This document shows positions 17,743-27,877 of a DNA stretch of 54,249 nucleotides, in pieces. The notes below the pieces were generated by a model. It was not told where the DNA came from and did not search any database. It saw only the letters and a program-made list of their open reading frames with translations. The translations under genes were made by a program, and so were the position numbers. The stretch is from a virus (Duplodnaviria; Caudoviricetes), in IMG/VR virus record IMGVR_UViG_3300049846_001989, positions 1 to 54,249 of that record. One strand, 5' to 3'. How positions within the stretch are numbered: the first letter of the stretch is position 1; every line of letters begins with the position of its first letter.

Positions 17743-17846
17743 CAAAGATGGTTGTGGCGAAAAACCGACACGCCCCAACAGGCACATGCTTTGTAGCGCA
17801 CCGTGGAGACATTAGCAGGTTTGATAACATGATGAGAGGCGCATGA
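17739..17846 (+). pseudogene. DnaB-helicase C-terminal fragment (35-aa mini-ORF)
   Basis: VTKMVVAKNRHAPTGTCFVAHRGDISRFDNM matches the DnaB consensus I(I/V)AK(N/Q)R(N/H)GPTG...F.G..SRF.N; GTGA and ATGA overlaps on both sides. Confidence 0.65.
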
Positions 17847-18070
17847 TGAGCGTCAATTCAGAGCTTGAGTCAGCAAAAAGAATGGCGGCATACTGGGAAG
17901 ACCGCTGGCGCAAGACCAACCAGGATCTTTATATCCAATGCCAAACAACCGGCAAGATGCGAGAACGCATCTTTGAACTGACCGGAGAGTGGCTCGGGCC
18001 TGACATGAAGCCAGTTGATGTTGAGGCTGTGAAAAGGATGTACGACAATATTGGCAGCAGGCTTGATTAA
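17843..18070 (+). CDS. Hypothetical protein
   Basis: GAGG RBS; ATGA overlap. Confidence 0.65.
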   Translation: MMSVNSELESAKRMAAYWEDRWRKTNQDLYIQCQTTGKMRERIFELTGEWLGPDMKPVDVEAVKRMYDNIGSRLD

Positions 18071-18132
18071 CGCCAGCGATCAGCGGCTCGTCCGCTGCAT
18101 CGCGTGGTTCTCGCAAGCACAGGAGACAGGCA

Positions 18133-18321
18133 GTGAGCGAAGCAAAAACGATTCGGGTTCGCATAGCGGTGTGCGTGGCGGAGAATGGCGACTACTCCGC
18201 AAACGGCTGGCGCAACGCTGGTCGCGAAGCCGCTAACATGGCGTATGAGTGCATGGAAGGAAACGGTTATTCTTCCTCTTCAGGATCCAGCTGGTCACAC
18301 CAGCTAATAAGAACCATGTGA
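18133..18321 (+). CDS. Hypothetical protein, possibly 3'-truncated
   Basis: AGGAG RBS; last ~18 codons are the antisense of the convergent gene. Confidence 0.5.
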   Translation: MSEAKTIRVRIAVCVAENGDYSANGWRNAGREAANMAYECMEGNGYSSSSGSSWSHQLIRTM

Positions 18322-18482
18322 AAATGGCCACACTCTTCATTCGCGCAGGCGAAGGACGCGGGGCTTAAATTGAGCCCGTCATTTTCCAGGGTCATTATTG
18401 TAAAGGCCTCCCCCGAACATTCGGGGCATATTAATTGATACGCTTTAGCGGTTGGGGCCGGAAATTTTATAATCTTTGCCAT
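18267..18482 (-). CDS. Small zinc-binding hypothetical protein
   Basis: MAKIIKFP...CPECS...CANEECG; acidic tail; GGGGG upstream. Confidence 0.65.
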   Translation of the reverse strand: MAKIIKFPAPTAKAYQLICPECSGEAFTIMTLENDGLNLSPASFACANEECGHFHMVLISWCDQLDPEEEE

Positions 18483-18505
18483 ATCTCGCGCGGCCCCCTG
18501 TTTTT

Positions 18506-18544
18506 AAGAAAAGGCCCCCACCCGTCCCACCACGGGCGAGAGCC
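18506..18544 (-). terminator. Rho-independent terminator after the large ejection gene
   Basis: GGCTCTCGCCCGT-ggtggg-ACGGGTGGGGGCC hairpin (with G-U pairs) then TTTTCTT. Confidence 0.6.
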
Positions 18545-18574
18545 GCCAGTGCATGAGGACACACCGACGGCCTA

Positions 18575-21500
18575 TTATAGCACCTTGGCGGGCAGGAACG
18601 TGTGGGTAGCGAACTGTTCCCAGTTGCCCTGGCCGGCCCGCATCAGGTTCTCCAGGGTGGGGCCGAACTCCACATTCATAAGCCCGTCGCCCGGCTGCGG
18701 CCCGAAAAACGCCCCCTCCCGGCCAGTGATGCCGGCCCGGTTCAGACCGTGCTGCATATAGTCCGCCCAACCCCAGTTCGCAGTACTGGGCCCCCCGAAC
18801 AGTGACCACTTGACCATATCGGTAGCGATCATCAGTGGTACGCCAGCCATCAGGTACGCCATCGGCCTCCAGTTGCCCTTGCCCAGCTGGTTTACACCCC
18901 GCTGCAGCAGGACTTTGTCGAAGGCGTAGGCGAAGCGCTTCATGTGAGCCAGCAGGGCGAAGCGGGGGTCAGCCATCCACGTGGGCTGATGAGCCGCATT
19001 CGGGTGCAATACGGCGCTTTCCACGAAGCGGTACACGGCCCTGGACATGCTGTCCGAGTTCACAATCGGGTCGCCGTCCTCGTCAAACTGCATATTCTTC
19101 ACGTCCTGCGCGTTCAGGCCTAGCTCCTTGAGCGCCGGCGGGTTGGCCAGGTTCTCTTTTATGTACTTCAGGCCGGCCCGGGTGGCGGCTACGCGCATGC
19201 TGTTGTTGAAGGCCTGCATGCCGTTGACTTTGAAGAACACGCTATTGATCTTGCGGTTCACCTGACCCATGCTCATGGCCATGCCGGCCATGGTCTGGGC
19301 AGCCACGTCGTCCTGTATCGCGCCGACCATTTCAGCCAGCTCGCGGTATTTGTCGGGCGACTTGCTGAATACCCGGCGGATGTCTTTCAGGGCCTGCAGG
19401 TATGCCCTGCCAGCGTCGGACAGCTTGCCAGACCGGGCAGCTATGGCCAGCGGGTCGATGAACTGCGAGAACACGGCCAGCGGGAGCATGGCGGTATTCT
19501 GGAGTGTCATGGCAGCACCTGTAGCGGTGCGCATCAGCGGGGTCAGCGCGTGCTGCTGGAGTGTGCCCTCGACTGCCTGCACTGCCTTGCCTGCCTGCTC
19601 GATCTCGCGCTCTGTAGCGCCCTGCTCGCGTGCCTTGTCCATCAGGTCCTTGATCACAGCCCCGTCGTCGTTGAACATGCGGGCGTATTCCGTGCGGTGC
19701 ACGCCGGCTCGGATGTAGTTCTCCAGTATGTAGCTGATGTCGTCGTGCTGGAACTTGACGAACTTGTGCGCGTTCTTCGGGGTGATGAACTTCATCTGCC
19801 GCTCTTCGTGTGAGGCAGCGAACGGTGTGTACCCGAGGTGGTGCTCGTTCTCGGCCAGGTCGATCTGGCCAGACCCGTGCAGGATGTTCTGGACGATGTT
19901 GTCCGCCGCGAGCAGGTCCATGTTGCCTTCGTCGATCAGCAGCTGGCGGAACTCGTCCGGGCGGTCAGCGATGGCTGAAGCGTCCCAGCTACGCGGAAAG
20001 TAGTCCTTGACCTGACGGACTTCGATTCCGGAATCGCGCATATACCGGTAGAAGTTATCCAGCAGCTCGCGCACGGCTTTTTCAGCCGGCGAGGTGGCTG
20101 GCTGCATGGCCTGCAGGTTCTTCATCGCTTCGTGCAGCTCTTCCTTGGAGAACTCCTCCAGCGTCTTGCCCATCGCCACGTTCCAGCGGCCCATCATCCG
20201 GCCGCGTTGTTCGACGAAATCGGTACCCGCACCCTGGTCGTTCACTTCCTTGTAGAGCATATCGGCCAGCTCGGTCAGGGCCGGGACGTTAGCCCGGCGC
20301 ATGTTCTCCAGGCCAGTGTTGACTGCTTTGTAATACAGGTCTGCCACCGGGCCGGCGACGCTTTCGAACTTGTCGCGCATGCTCTGGCCCATGATCGTGC
20401 GCATGGCTGTCGGGGCAGTCCTCGGGTTGCTCAGCTTGCCGTTGTACAGGGCCATGAAGAACCGGTCGGCCTGCTGCGATTCAGACAGTACACCGACCAG
20501 GTCGCGCAGGAACTGCAGGACCTTGCGGAACACGGTGTCTGTCTCCGGGTTCACCAGCTTGCGGATCTCGGGGTCGGCTACCCACATCTGGAACAGGTAC
20601 GCCACGCGCTCCTCGGGATCAGCCATGACCTGCTCGATTTTCTGCACGTTGGCCCGGGCGATTTCAGCCTCGGACATACCCGCGCGCTGTTCGGCGCTTA
20701 GCATACCGCCCGCGTCGAATAGGCGGCGTTTGACAGCGCTGAGTACGGCTGGACGCGACGCTGCGGCTTCGATCCGGGCCTTGAGCTGCCGCACTTCACG
20801 GGTACTGCCCAAGGCGTGCCACACAGCGTGCAGGGCCTCGTGGTGCGCTACGCTCATCGGGTTCACCGCGTCGATTGCCACCTCGATGATGCGCTTCTTG
20901 TTCGCTTCGGAGCGGAACTCGCCCGAACCGCCCAGTTGTGAAGCCAGGCGGTTGAATTTGACATCAATCTCCTTGCCGGCGATCCGGTAAATCTCCTGGA
21001 ACATCTTCTCACGCAGCGCAGCGCGGTCTTCACTGATCGTCGTGAATTCCCCGTCTATGCCGTCAGGTGACTGCTCATTTTTCTTTACGGTCGAGGTATT
21101 GTTCCCACCCTTTTTTTCTGTGGATACGCCGGCCTCTGCTTTCGCCGCATTTCTAGCGGCCTGTTCAGCCAGGAGTGCGCGCATACGGGCGCGACGCCCT
21201 GCCGGGGAGTTCGGGCTAGGTTCCCGCTTTTGTTCTGTACGCACTTGTCTAGCGACGGGTTCGGCAGTTCTTACCGCCGTGTCGGGCGCAGGCTTGGCGT
21301 ATTTATTAACAAGCGCGTCGGACTTTTTCTTCAGTTCGTCGATGCGGGCGGTAGAATTCTCTACGCCCTCCAAGGACTTGATCTCAGCCTGATACCCCTT
21401 CCACAGGTTCCGGTCTCTCTGTGTCGCGCGCTCGGTAAAATACGCCACCGCGTTTTCAACCCCCTGCCTACCTTCGGCAGACTTCATCCGCGCACGTGCA

Positions 21501-24500
21501 CGCTCTGCTGGAGTGGTCGTACCTTTGCCGGGGGGGTTTTTAGGTTCGACGTAACGGGTCTGCGGCGTCGTTTCACGGTCTGAGCGCGTCAACAGCTCTA
21601 TTTCTGCCTCAGCAGCCTGCCTACGCGCCGTAATCGAGTTCCCCCTAAATTTTTTCCGCTCGGCTGGAGTACTAAATTTTTCCGAAACCTTATCAAGCGC
21701 CAACAGCTCGGCACGCAACTCTGCCAAGCGTTTTGAAACCCCGGTCTCCTTTGTGTCCTGCATATCAACGCGATTTTCTACTAGCGGATCAGGGTTAGCC
21801 CCAATGTCCGCAGCAACTTTGGCGCGATATGAACCGCCCTCGTTAAACTTGGCGTCGAACTCCTGCTGCTTGTTCGCCAGGTTCTTTTCCAATTCAAGGA
21901 GCAGGGGCTCGTCTACCATGGGGGCGCTTTTAACAGCGGCGATGCGCTCTTGCACGGCCTCGATGTTGGCAGCGGCGTCAGACTCGCGGGCTTGGTCCAG
22001 CTCGTTGAACATCTCCGTCTCTGTAGTACCAGTGATGACGTCACTACGGTCTTCCGCATATGGGAACGCCTCAGCCAGCTCGCGGCGGACAATGGCGCGC
22101 ATGGCCAGAACATTGGCGCGCGGATCGTAGTTTGTAGTACCACGAGTAGCGTCCCGTTCAGCAGCGCGATTGGCTTGTGAGAGCGCTAAGAGCGAAGCCT
22201 CTAGCCGGAATTGACCAGCGCGTTCTACTGGGCGCTCTCCAGGCGCAGTTGTGTAAGGCCGCATACCGTACCCAGCGAGATCTGCGGCCAACTTGTCAAC
22301 ATACTCCTCGCGCGCCTTGTCGTTTCGCAGTTTTGTAAAACTCTTCTCCGACACTTTCGCGAGCTGCTTGGCTAATACCATGCGGACTGCCTGCTGGCGA
22401 ACAGACGCTGGGGCGTTGCGCAACTTCTCTTGTGTTGGGTCTTGCATGGCGATGTCGATCGCTTCGGCAGTAGATTTGGCGCCACCGTTTTTCGCCCGCT
22501 TAAACGCGGCCTCGAAAGGCCCGGCCACGTCTGTGCCTATATTCTGGCGATATTGTCTGGCCAACTCGGTGTAAGCAGTGTTTTCGGGGCCGAAAGCATG
22601 CTCTACGTCAGCGGCGTAATTCTTCACGCGAGCCTGGACGTCACGACGCAGAAAGTTTGCTTCCTTCTCTACGAATTTGGCTTTTTCAAGCGTCGTTCCG
22701 CGTTTCGGACCGACATCCTCCACAGCTGGCTTCGGCGCGCGCTTCTTCGCATCAGACTTCAGCGCCAGGTCGCCCCAGCGCAGTACTTTTCCGTTCGAAG
22801 CGGTATGTAGTATTGTGTCGGGTGGGACATCTGCATTCATCGCACCGTCGCGAATGACGTCGATCTTGACCGGCTCACCAGCCTCGTTCTTGCCAGTCAG
22901 CTGCAGGCCAGTCAGGTCTTCGCGAGCAATGAGTCCGGTCAGCACCCGCATGAATTTCTCGGCCGGCTTATACTCCCGGTCGGTGGTGATATTGCCGACA
23001 CGCGTGCGGCTCATCATCAACTGGGTAGACAAGTTTACGGGGCGCGACTTACCTTCGCCATCAGTGAAGAAGGCTTTCAATACGGCGCCTTTTTCGTCCG
23101 CGCCGCTACCCGCCATGAAATCGCCCAGCTCGCGGTTTGACATCGTCGCTGTCTGTGAATCCCCACGACCCGCCCCGGTCTGCACCGGCTCTATGTTCTG
23201 AACATCGACGTTCAGCTTGTCCATGTAGCTGTTATCGCCGGTGCGCGCCTTGGCGATAGCGTCATCCAGCGTGTTGATCAGGTTCGTCGTGTGCTCGATT
23301 TCCGGCTTGGCCGCTTCCTGATCCTTGGCTCTCAGCAGGTTGTTCAGGTGGCGTTCTTCACCGCGACGCGCGCGGACGAGCTCCATAACCGGCGTGGTGT
23401 CGTCGGGCATGTACCGCTGGAAGTAGTCCTTACCAGACACGCGCATGCGGTTATCTTCCAGCTGCTGCGGGGTGGTGAGTGGTTGGTCGGCCAGTGTAAT
23501 AGCCCTGTGCGGGGCATTACGCGGCCCAGCAGCGTAGGCGCCGGGTTCTACGGCGTTGATTCCGTCGAGCGGAGAAACCGGTGTTTCTGACCCACCGCCT
23601 TCTTCGTCTACACTGAGACCGGCTTTTCTAAGCGCCGCCTGCATGGCGCTTTCGATCTCAGTGCCGGCCTGCAGGTTCATCTTGCTGACCGCACCTCCCG
23701 CCGACGTCACCCAGCTGTTTAACGCATCCCCGGCTGCGGTAACTCCACGCGCAGCTACGTCTTTTGCCGTGCCCAACCCTTGTTTTGCCATCTGTTTGGA
23801 CAGTTCGCCGATGCGGTTTGCACCGAGTTCGAGAACTGCGTTTCGTATGTCGCTCACTGCGTTTTCGTCGAGGGCGCTTTCACCTGTCAGAATTTGAAGC
23901 ATATACTGTTGCGTAGTTACGTCCCCAGCTTGTTCGGCCAGCTGGCGGGCGATGTCTGCCTGCATCAGCGTTTCGCTCAGTTTTTTCTTCTCGGTGAGTC
24001 CTAGCTTGGCATTCCATTCAGGTTTGTCTGCCAGATAGAAGTTGAGCAGCTCTGCCTTGGCCCTCTCGCGTTCGGCACCAAACTGTGGCACCAACGTCTG
24101 TTTACCCTCAGTAGCCTGGCGGATACCCTCCAGTGTTTCTACCAGAACATCCGGGTTATATAAAGCGTGTAGAGCCGGAAACTTATCCGCCACAAACAGC
24201 GCGTCGTTCTTGGCAGCCTGCGCCAAGTTTTTGATGATCCCCGCGGTCGCGGCCAGGCCGGGGTTGGCTTGCACCGTTTTGTTGATCGCTTCCATCGTCT
24301 TGGAAGCCAGACCCTGGGTTGCCTCGGGCGTAGTCTTGAGCGCATCCATACCTTGGGCGGCCAGTGCTTTGGCCTTGTTCACGCCGGGTTGGGCCATGTT
24401 CACGCCGGAAGCGATGGCCTGGCGGGCAGCGTCGGGCACTGTGGCCAGGGCTGCGTTGCCGCCGGCGCCGGCAGCAGCTACGCCGCCACCTTGCAGGGCC

Positions 24501-25348
24501 CCGCCGACGGCAGATTCGCCCAGCTGCCACATACCTTGCGTAGAGGTTGGGTCGAAGTCTGCGCCCCCCATCTGCTCGATGGTCATCGCTGTGTTGGCGT
24601 CCTGCGCAGCTTCCGGGATGGCCTCGGCGGCGGTACCGGCGACTGTGGTAGTGATAGGCGAACGGGGCCCGCCGAGAAGGGCTTTTTTTGCGCCCCGCAG
24701 TGCACCGGAGGCTATCAGACCGGGGCCGACGTCCACGGCAGTATTTTGCAGGGCGGCGGTGCCTGCAGACGACAATACTTCGCCGGGGGAGGACTCGAAC
24801 TGCTGACGGACCGTCGGATCGGCGTACATCTGGTTCAGTACGTCGCCCTTGTTCATTCCGTAACCAGAGGCAGCACCGGCGACCAAGGCGCCGGGCACAC
24901 CGGCCAACAACTTACCGGCGGCGCCAGCGGCGACTTGCGGCAACAGGTTTACTGGCGCGCCACCGATTGTCTCGGCGGCGTAATCTAGTAAGTTGTTGTT
25001 TTCGTAGGCATTTCGCAGACCGCCGACGCTGTTTTCGGCGCTGGCCTGCGCTTTGGTCTGCGTCTGTTGCAGGGCGTCGGTCAAAACCTTCTCTGCATAC
25101 GGGTCCTGAGCCACGCGCGCTTTCAGCAGGGCGCCTAACAGCTCACCTTGTTGCGCCTGTTGAACCGCGGTGTTGAAACCGCGCTCGAGGGAACCGGCGG
25201 AGCGCAGCGCGCCTAGCTGCTGGGCCTGGGCGGCGTCGGCTTGCTGCCGAATTGCGGCGTCGGCCGCGGCGGCGTCGACCGCGTTTTGTTGTTGCACCAG
25301 TGAGGTGGCTGCGAGCGGGTTGAACTGGCGCAGGATTTCGTTGGCCAT
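18575..25348 (-). CDS. Giant internal virion (ejection) protein with a zincin-like HExxH motif
   Basis: 2257 aa, Ala-rich and helical, last gene of the structural operon; VAHHEALH...EERVAYLF; YFPRSWD motif. Confidence 0.75.
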   Translation of the reverse strand: MANEILRQFNPLAATSLVQQQNAVDAAAADAAIRQQADAAQAQQLGALRSAGSLERGFNTAVQQAQQGELLGALLKARVAQDPYAEKVLTDALQQTQTKAQASAENSVGGLRNAYENNNLLDYAAETIGGAPVNLLPQVAAGAAGKLLAGVPGALVAGAASGYGMNKGDVLNQMYADPTVRQQFESSPGEVLSSAGTAALQNTAVDVGPGLIASGALRGAKKALLGGPRSPITTTVAGTAAEAIPEAAQDANTAMTIEQMGGADFDPTSTQGMWQLGESAVGGALQGGGVAAAGAGGNAALATVPDAARQAIASGVNMAQPGVNKAKALAAQGMDALKTTPEATQGLASKTMEAINKTVQANPGLAATAGIIKNLAQAAKNDALFVADKFPALHALYNPDVLVETLEGIRQATEGKQTLVPQFGAERERAKAELLNFYLADKPEWNAKLGLTEKKKLSETLMQADIARQLAEQAGDVTTQQYMLQILTGESALDENAVSDIRNAVLELGANRIGELSKQMAKQGLGTAKDVAARGVTAAGDALNSWVTSAGGAVSKMNLQAGTEIESAMQAALRKAGLSVDEEGGGSETPVSPLDGINAVEPGAYAAGPRNAPHRAITLADQPLTTPQQLEDNRMRVSGKDYFQRYMPDDTTPVMELVRARRGEERHLNNLLRAKDQEAAKPEIEHTTNLINTLDDAIAKARTGDNSYMDKLNVDVQNIEPVQTGAGRGDSQTATMSNRELGDFMAGSGADEKGAVLKAFFTDGEGKSRPVNLSTQLMMSRTRVGNITTDREYKPAEKFMRVLTGLIAREDLTGLQLTGKNEAGEPVKIDVIRDGAMNADVPPDTILHTASNGKVLRWGDLALKSDAKKRAPKPAVEDVGPKRGTTLEKAKFVEKEANFLRRDVQARVKNYAADVEHAFGPENTAYTELARQYRQNIGTDVAGPFEAAFKRAKNGGAKSTAEAIDIAMQDPTQEKLRNAPASVRQQAVRMVLAKQLAKVSEKSFTKLRNDKAREEYVDKLAADLAGYGMRPYTTAPGERPVERAGQFRLEASLLALSQANRAAERDATRGTTNYDPRANVLAMRAIVRRELAEAFPYAEDRSDVITGTTETEMFNELDQARESDAAANIEAVQERIAAVKSAPMVDEPLLLELEKNLANKQQEFDAKFNEGGSYRAKVAADIGANPDPLVENRVDMQDTKETGVSKRLAELRAELLALDKVSEKFSTPAERKKFRGNSITARRQAAEAEIELLTRSDRETTPQTRYVEPKNPPGKGTTTPAERARARMKSAEGRQGVENAVAYFTERATQRDRNLWKGYQAEIKSLEGVENSTARIDELKKKSDALVNKYAKPAPDTAVRTAEPVARQVRTEQKREPSPNSPAGRRARMRALLAEQAARNAAKAEAGVSTEKKGGNNTSTVKKNEQSPDGIDGEFTTISEDRAALREKMFQEIYRIAGKEIDVKFNRLASQLGGSGEFRSEANKKRIIEVAIDAVNPMSVAHHEALHAVWHALGSTREVRQLKARIEAAASRPAVLSAVKRRLFDAGGMLSAEQRAGMSEAEIARANVQKIEQVMADPEERVAYLFQMWVADPEIRKLVNPETDTVFRKVLQFLRDLVGVLSESQQADRFFMALYNGKLSNPRTAPTAMRTIMGQSMRDKFESVAGPVADLYYKAVNTGLENMRRANVPALTELADMLYKEVNDQGAGTDFVEQRGRMMGRWNVAMGKTLEEFSKEELHEAMKNLQAMQPATSPAEKAVRELLDNFYRYMRDSGIEVRQVKDYFPRSWDASAIADRPDEFRQLLIDEGNMDLLAADNIVQNILHGSGQIDLAENEHHLGYTPFAASHEERQMKFITPKNAHKFVKFQHDDISYILENYIRAGVHRTEYARMFNDDGAVIKDLMDKAREQGATEREIEQAGKAVQAVEGTLQQHALTPLMRTATGAAMTLQNTAMLPLAVFSQFIDPLAIAARSGKLSDAGRAYLQALKDIRRVFSKSPDKYRELAEMVGAIQDDVAAQTMAGMAMSMGQVNRKINSVFFKVNGMQAFNNSMRVAATRAGLKYIKENLANPPALKELGLNAQDVKNMQFDEDGDPIVNSDSMSRAVYRFVESAVLHPNAAHQPTWMADPRFALLAHMKRFAYAFDKVLLQRGVNQLGKGNWRPMAYLMAGVPLMIATDMVKWSLFGGPSTANWGWADYMQHGLNRAGITGREGAFFGPQPGDGLMNVEFGPTLENLMRAGQGNWEQFATHTFLPAKVL

Positions 25349-25365
25349 TAGGTGGGCTCCGCTTG

Positions 25366-27864
25366 TTAGTTACCGTATTGGCGCAGTATAGCAGCTACGT
25401 GGGGGTCATAGGCGTTTGATTTCCTCACAATCGAGCCGCCGGGCCCCACGTTCAGGTCGTAGGTGGGGTCAAAAGCGTCCCGTAGTGCTGGTAGATACCC
25501 GATTGTTTCTCCAGTGTTAAAAAATGACGACGGAGCATCTACTGACTGCGCGGCTTGCGCCGCCGGGAGCTGCTCCCACGACAGTGCGGTTCCGCCTTTC
25601 GTCTTAACATTCTTCGTCGTAAACTCGGCGATCTTGCGTGCAGCCGCTACGTCTTTGTCCGGAGCGCCGGAATAAAGTTGGGGATACATCGCGAACACCT
25701 TATTGATCGCGTCCTTGTCCTTGTCATCCTTTATCAGGTTCTGGAAGTCCTGGTGGTACTTCATGTCGCGATCGCCAGCGCGTTCCTGAGCGGCGGCCTG
25801 GTCCTTCATCGCACCGTATTGGGCTTGGGCAGCCGCCGTTTCTCTAGCCATAGCGTCGGCGACAATCTGCTGGTTCTGCAGGTAGCGGTGCGGGTTGCGG
25901 CGGATCCACTCCTCAGACCGAAACTTGTTGTCGTTCCGAGCGTCATCCACGCGGCGGCGCTCTTCCTGCGAGGCGACTTCGTAAGGCGTGTCTTTTACCC
26001 CAGTACCTTCGAAACGGTTCTTACCTGTCTGGGTAATGCCTGCTGGCATCTGGTCAGCCTGTGGTGTCCCACGAAGTCCGGCGGGTTTCTGGCCAGCCTG
26101 CGGCGCGCCGCGGAGCCCGACGGGCTGGGACGGCGATACCGGCGACTCTTCTCCAACAGGGGTGTAATTCTTATCTGCAAACATACCAAAACGCTCTGGC
26201 ATACCGAGTGCAGCAGCGTTTATTACATCTGATGCGACGCCGACGCCGCGGACCCCCAGGTCTTTTAGCGTACTCAGCCCTTCGGTTGACGGGTCGAGTC
26301 CCAGACGCTCGTAATAGGCCGACGTTGGAGTGTTGTATCCTTCGTACGCGCCTTGAATTCCAGCGCCGGCGAGGTACGTTGATTTGATCGGGTTGCGTTT
26401 TACCGCGTCCCTCGCCGTATTCACTACTGCGCGCAGCCCTTTGGGTGGGGGTTTGGCCGCCGGTTCTTTATCCATAAAAATTGGTTTTGGATTCTTGGCA
26501 GAGTTAATAAGCGCGTCATTATATGCCGCGTTAGCCGCAGCTTCCTCGGCCGCGAGCGACGCGGTCTTGGCAGCCTGGGCGTTCGTATTCGGAAAAGGTG
26601 TCCACTCCTTCCCAGAAGCATAGTGCCGCAGCCCTTTGCCATCTGCGAAGGAGAAGAAACTATCATTTTTGGCGGCCTCCTCAGCGGCTTTTTTCGCAGC
26701 GAGTTCTGCCTGATATTTATCGTACGCCGCTTTTTGTGCAGCAGCCTGTTCTTGCGACGTACGAGCCATATCGGCTAAGGCGGCCTCTGACGCTTTCACC
26801 TGTTCTTGTGACGGCGCCACGCCTGTGTGCAGGCTGTCTACTGCCGTGGACGCCCCGCTCGGCGGGGCTGCCACTGTCACGGCCGGCGTCAATACCTGCG
26901 TGGTAGCGGCATCAGTAATAGCGTCGATCTGTTGGTCCCGATTGCGCAGGGCGTTGGCAGCATTCTGCGTGTCCCCGCTATCAAGCGGCTTCAGTACTTC
27001 GCCTGCGGTATCCGCCAAATCGTTCACGTCTTTGCCTTCCTGGTAAAACCGCAGTCCATCCGCGCAGCGCTTGGCGCTCTTGCCATCTTTGGCGGTCGTC
27101 GGGACCTCGGGGGATTCTTCGCCGTGCTGGGCAGCGAACTGGCGCAGGGCGTCCGGGCCGCCGACTTTCTTGATCCGGCGGTTCCAGTCTGTTTGGCTGC
27201 CTACAGGTTCGTGGTTTACCAACACGTATTTCTCCACTCCTTGTGGGTCCCCATCAAAAAAGTCCTCGTTCATCTCGTCGACGGTATCGGCCGGAATTAC
27301 AGCCTCACCTTTGGACAACATGGCGCGTTCGCCGCTTTCTGGCAGGCGGGCTGGGCCGACGCTGTCGCTGGTACCAGTACCGGGGCCTTCGACCATACCG
27401 GGCATGTGCATGCCGTTTTTCATGGACTTACCGTCGGCGTAGCCGTATCGCAATGAGCTCTTGCGGCCGGTGCCGAGCGGATTACCGAGGGCGTCTGTCT
27501 GGCCGGCTAGCGATTGTACGCCTGTCGGTGAGTAGCCTGCGTCGGTATAGGTCCGGCCTGGGGCCGAATAATCAGTAACTACCGGGCCCATAGATGGCTG
27601 CGCGGGGGCGGCGGGCGTGGATGCGGACATACCGCCTGCGCCGAACTCACTGAGGTTTCCTGCGCCGGCTACGGTCGGGCGCGCCATGTTACGCAGGCTC
27701 TCTTGCCGGGTAGACATCCACCGGGTATCGTCGCCAAAACCAAATCCGCCGTCAGCCGCGCGGCGTACGTTGCCGGGAGGGCGGACGCCAGGCTGGCTCA
27801 CCTTCGGGGGCAGACCGGGCTTGATCGGGCGCATGCCCTTGGCTTTACCTGATTTCTTTGCCAT
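25366..27864 (-). CDS. Internal virion / ejection protein
   Basis: GPGTGTSDSV...MLSKGEAVIPA motif; low complexity; repeated ADG(K/G) and (G/A/S)LR motifs. Confidence 0.65.
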   Translation of the reverse strand: MAKKSGKAKGMRPIKPGLPPKVSQPGVRPPGNVRRAADGGFGFGDDTRWMSTRQESLRNMARPTVAGAGNLSEFGAGGMSASTPAAPAQPSMGPVVTDYSAPGRTYTDAGYSPTGVQSLAGQTDALGNPLGTGRKSSLRYGYADGKSMKNGMHMPGMVEGPGTGTSDSVGPARLPESGERAMLSKGEAVIPADTVDEMNEDFFDGDPQGVEKYVLVNHEPVGSQTDWNRRIKKVGGPDALRQFAAQHGEESPEVPTTAKDGKSAKRCADGLRFYQEGKDVNDLADTAGEVLKPLDSGDTQNAANALRNRDQQIDAITDAATTQVLTPAVTVAAPPSGASTAVDSLHTGVAPSQEQVKASEAALADMARTSQEQAAAQKAAYDKYQAELAAKKAAEEAAKNDSFFSFADGKGLRHYASGKEWTPFPNTNAQAAKTASLAAEEAAANAAYNDALINSAKNPKPIFMDKEPAAKPPPKGLRAVVNTARDAVKRNPIKSTYLAGAGIQGAYEGYNTPTSAYYERLGLDPSTEGLSTLKDLGVRGVGVASDVINAAALGMPERFGMFADKNYTPVGEESPVSPSQPVGLRGAPQAGQKPAGLRGTPQADQMPAGITQTGKNRFEGTGVKDTPYEVASQEERRRVDDARNDNKFRSEEWIRRNPHRYLQNQQIVADAMARETAAAQAQYGAMKDQAAAQERAGDRDMKYHQDFQNLIKDDKDKDAINKVFAMYPQLYSGAPDKDVAAARKIAEFTTKNVKTKGGTALSWEQLPAAQAAQSVDAPSSFFNTGETIGYLPALRDAFDPTYDLNVGPGGSIVRKSNAYDPHVAAILRQYGN

Positions 27865-27877
27865 TACCGCGTCCTCG

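Noticed and set aside
358-17787. Long - strand ORFs in the early region (e.g. 4720-5625, 9930-10799, 11599-12501, 13370-14431)
   Set aside because: These are shadows of well-supported + strand genes.
18575-25348. N4-like virion RNA polymerase, suggested by the N4-type capsid
   Set aside because: No recognisable polymerase catalytic motifs were seen, and late genes have host sigma70-type promoters.
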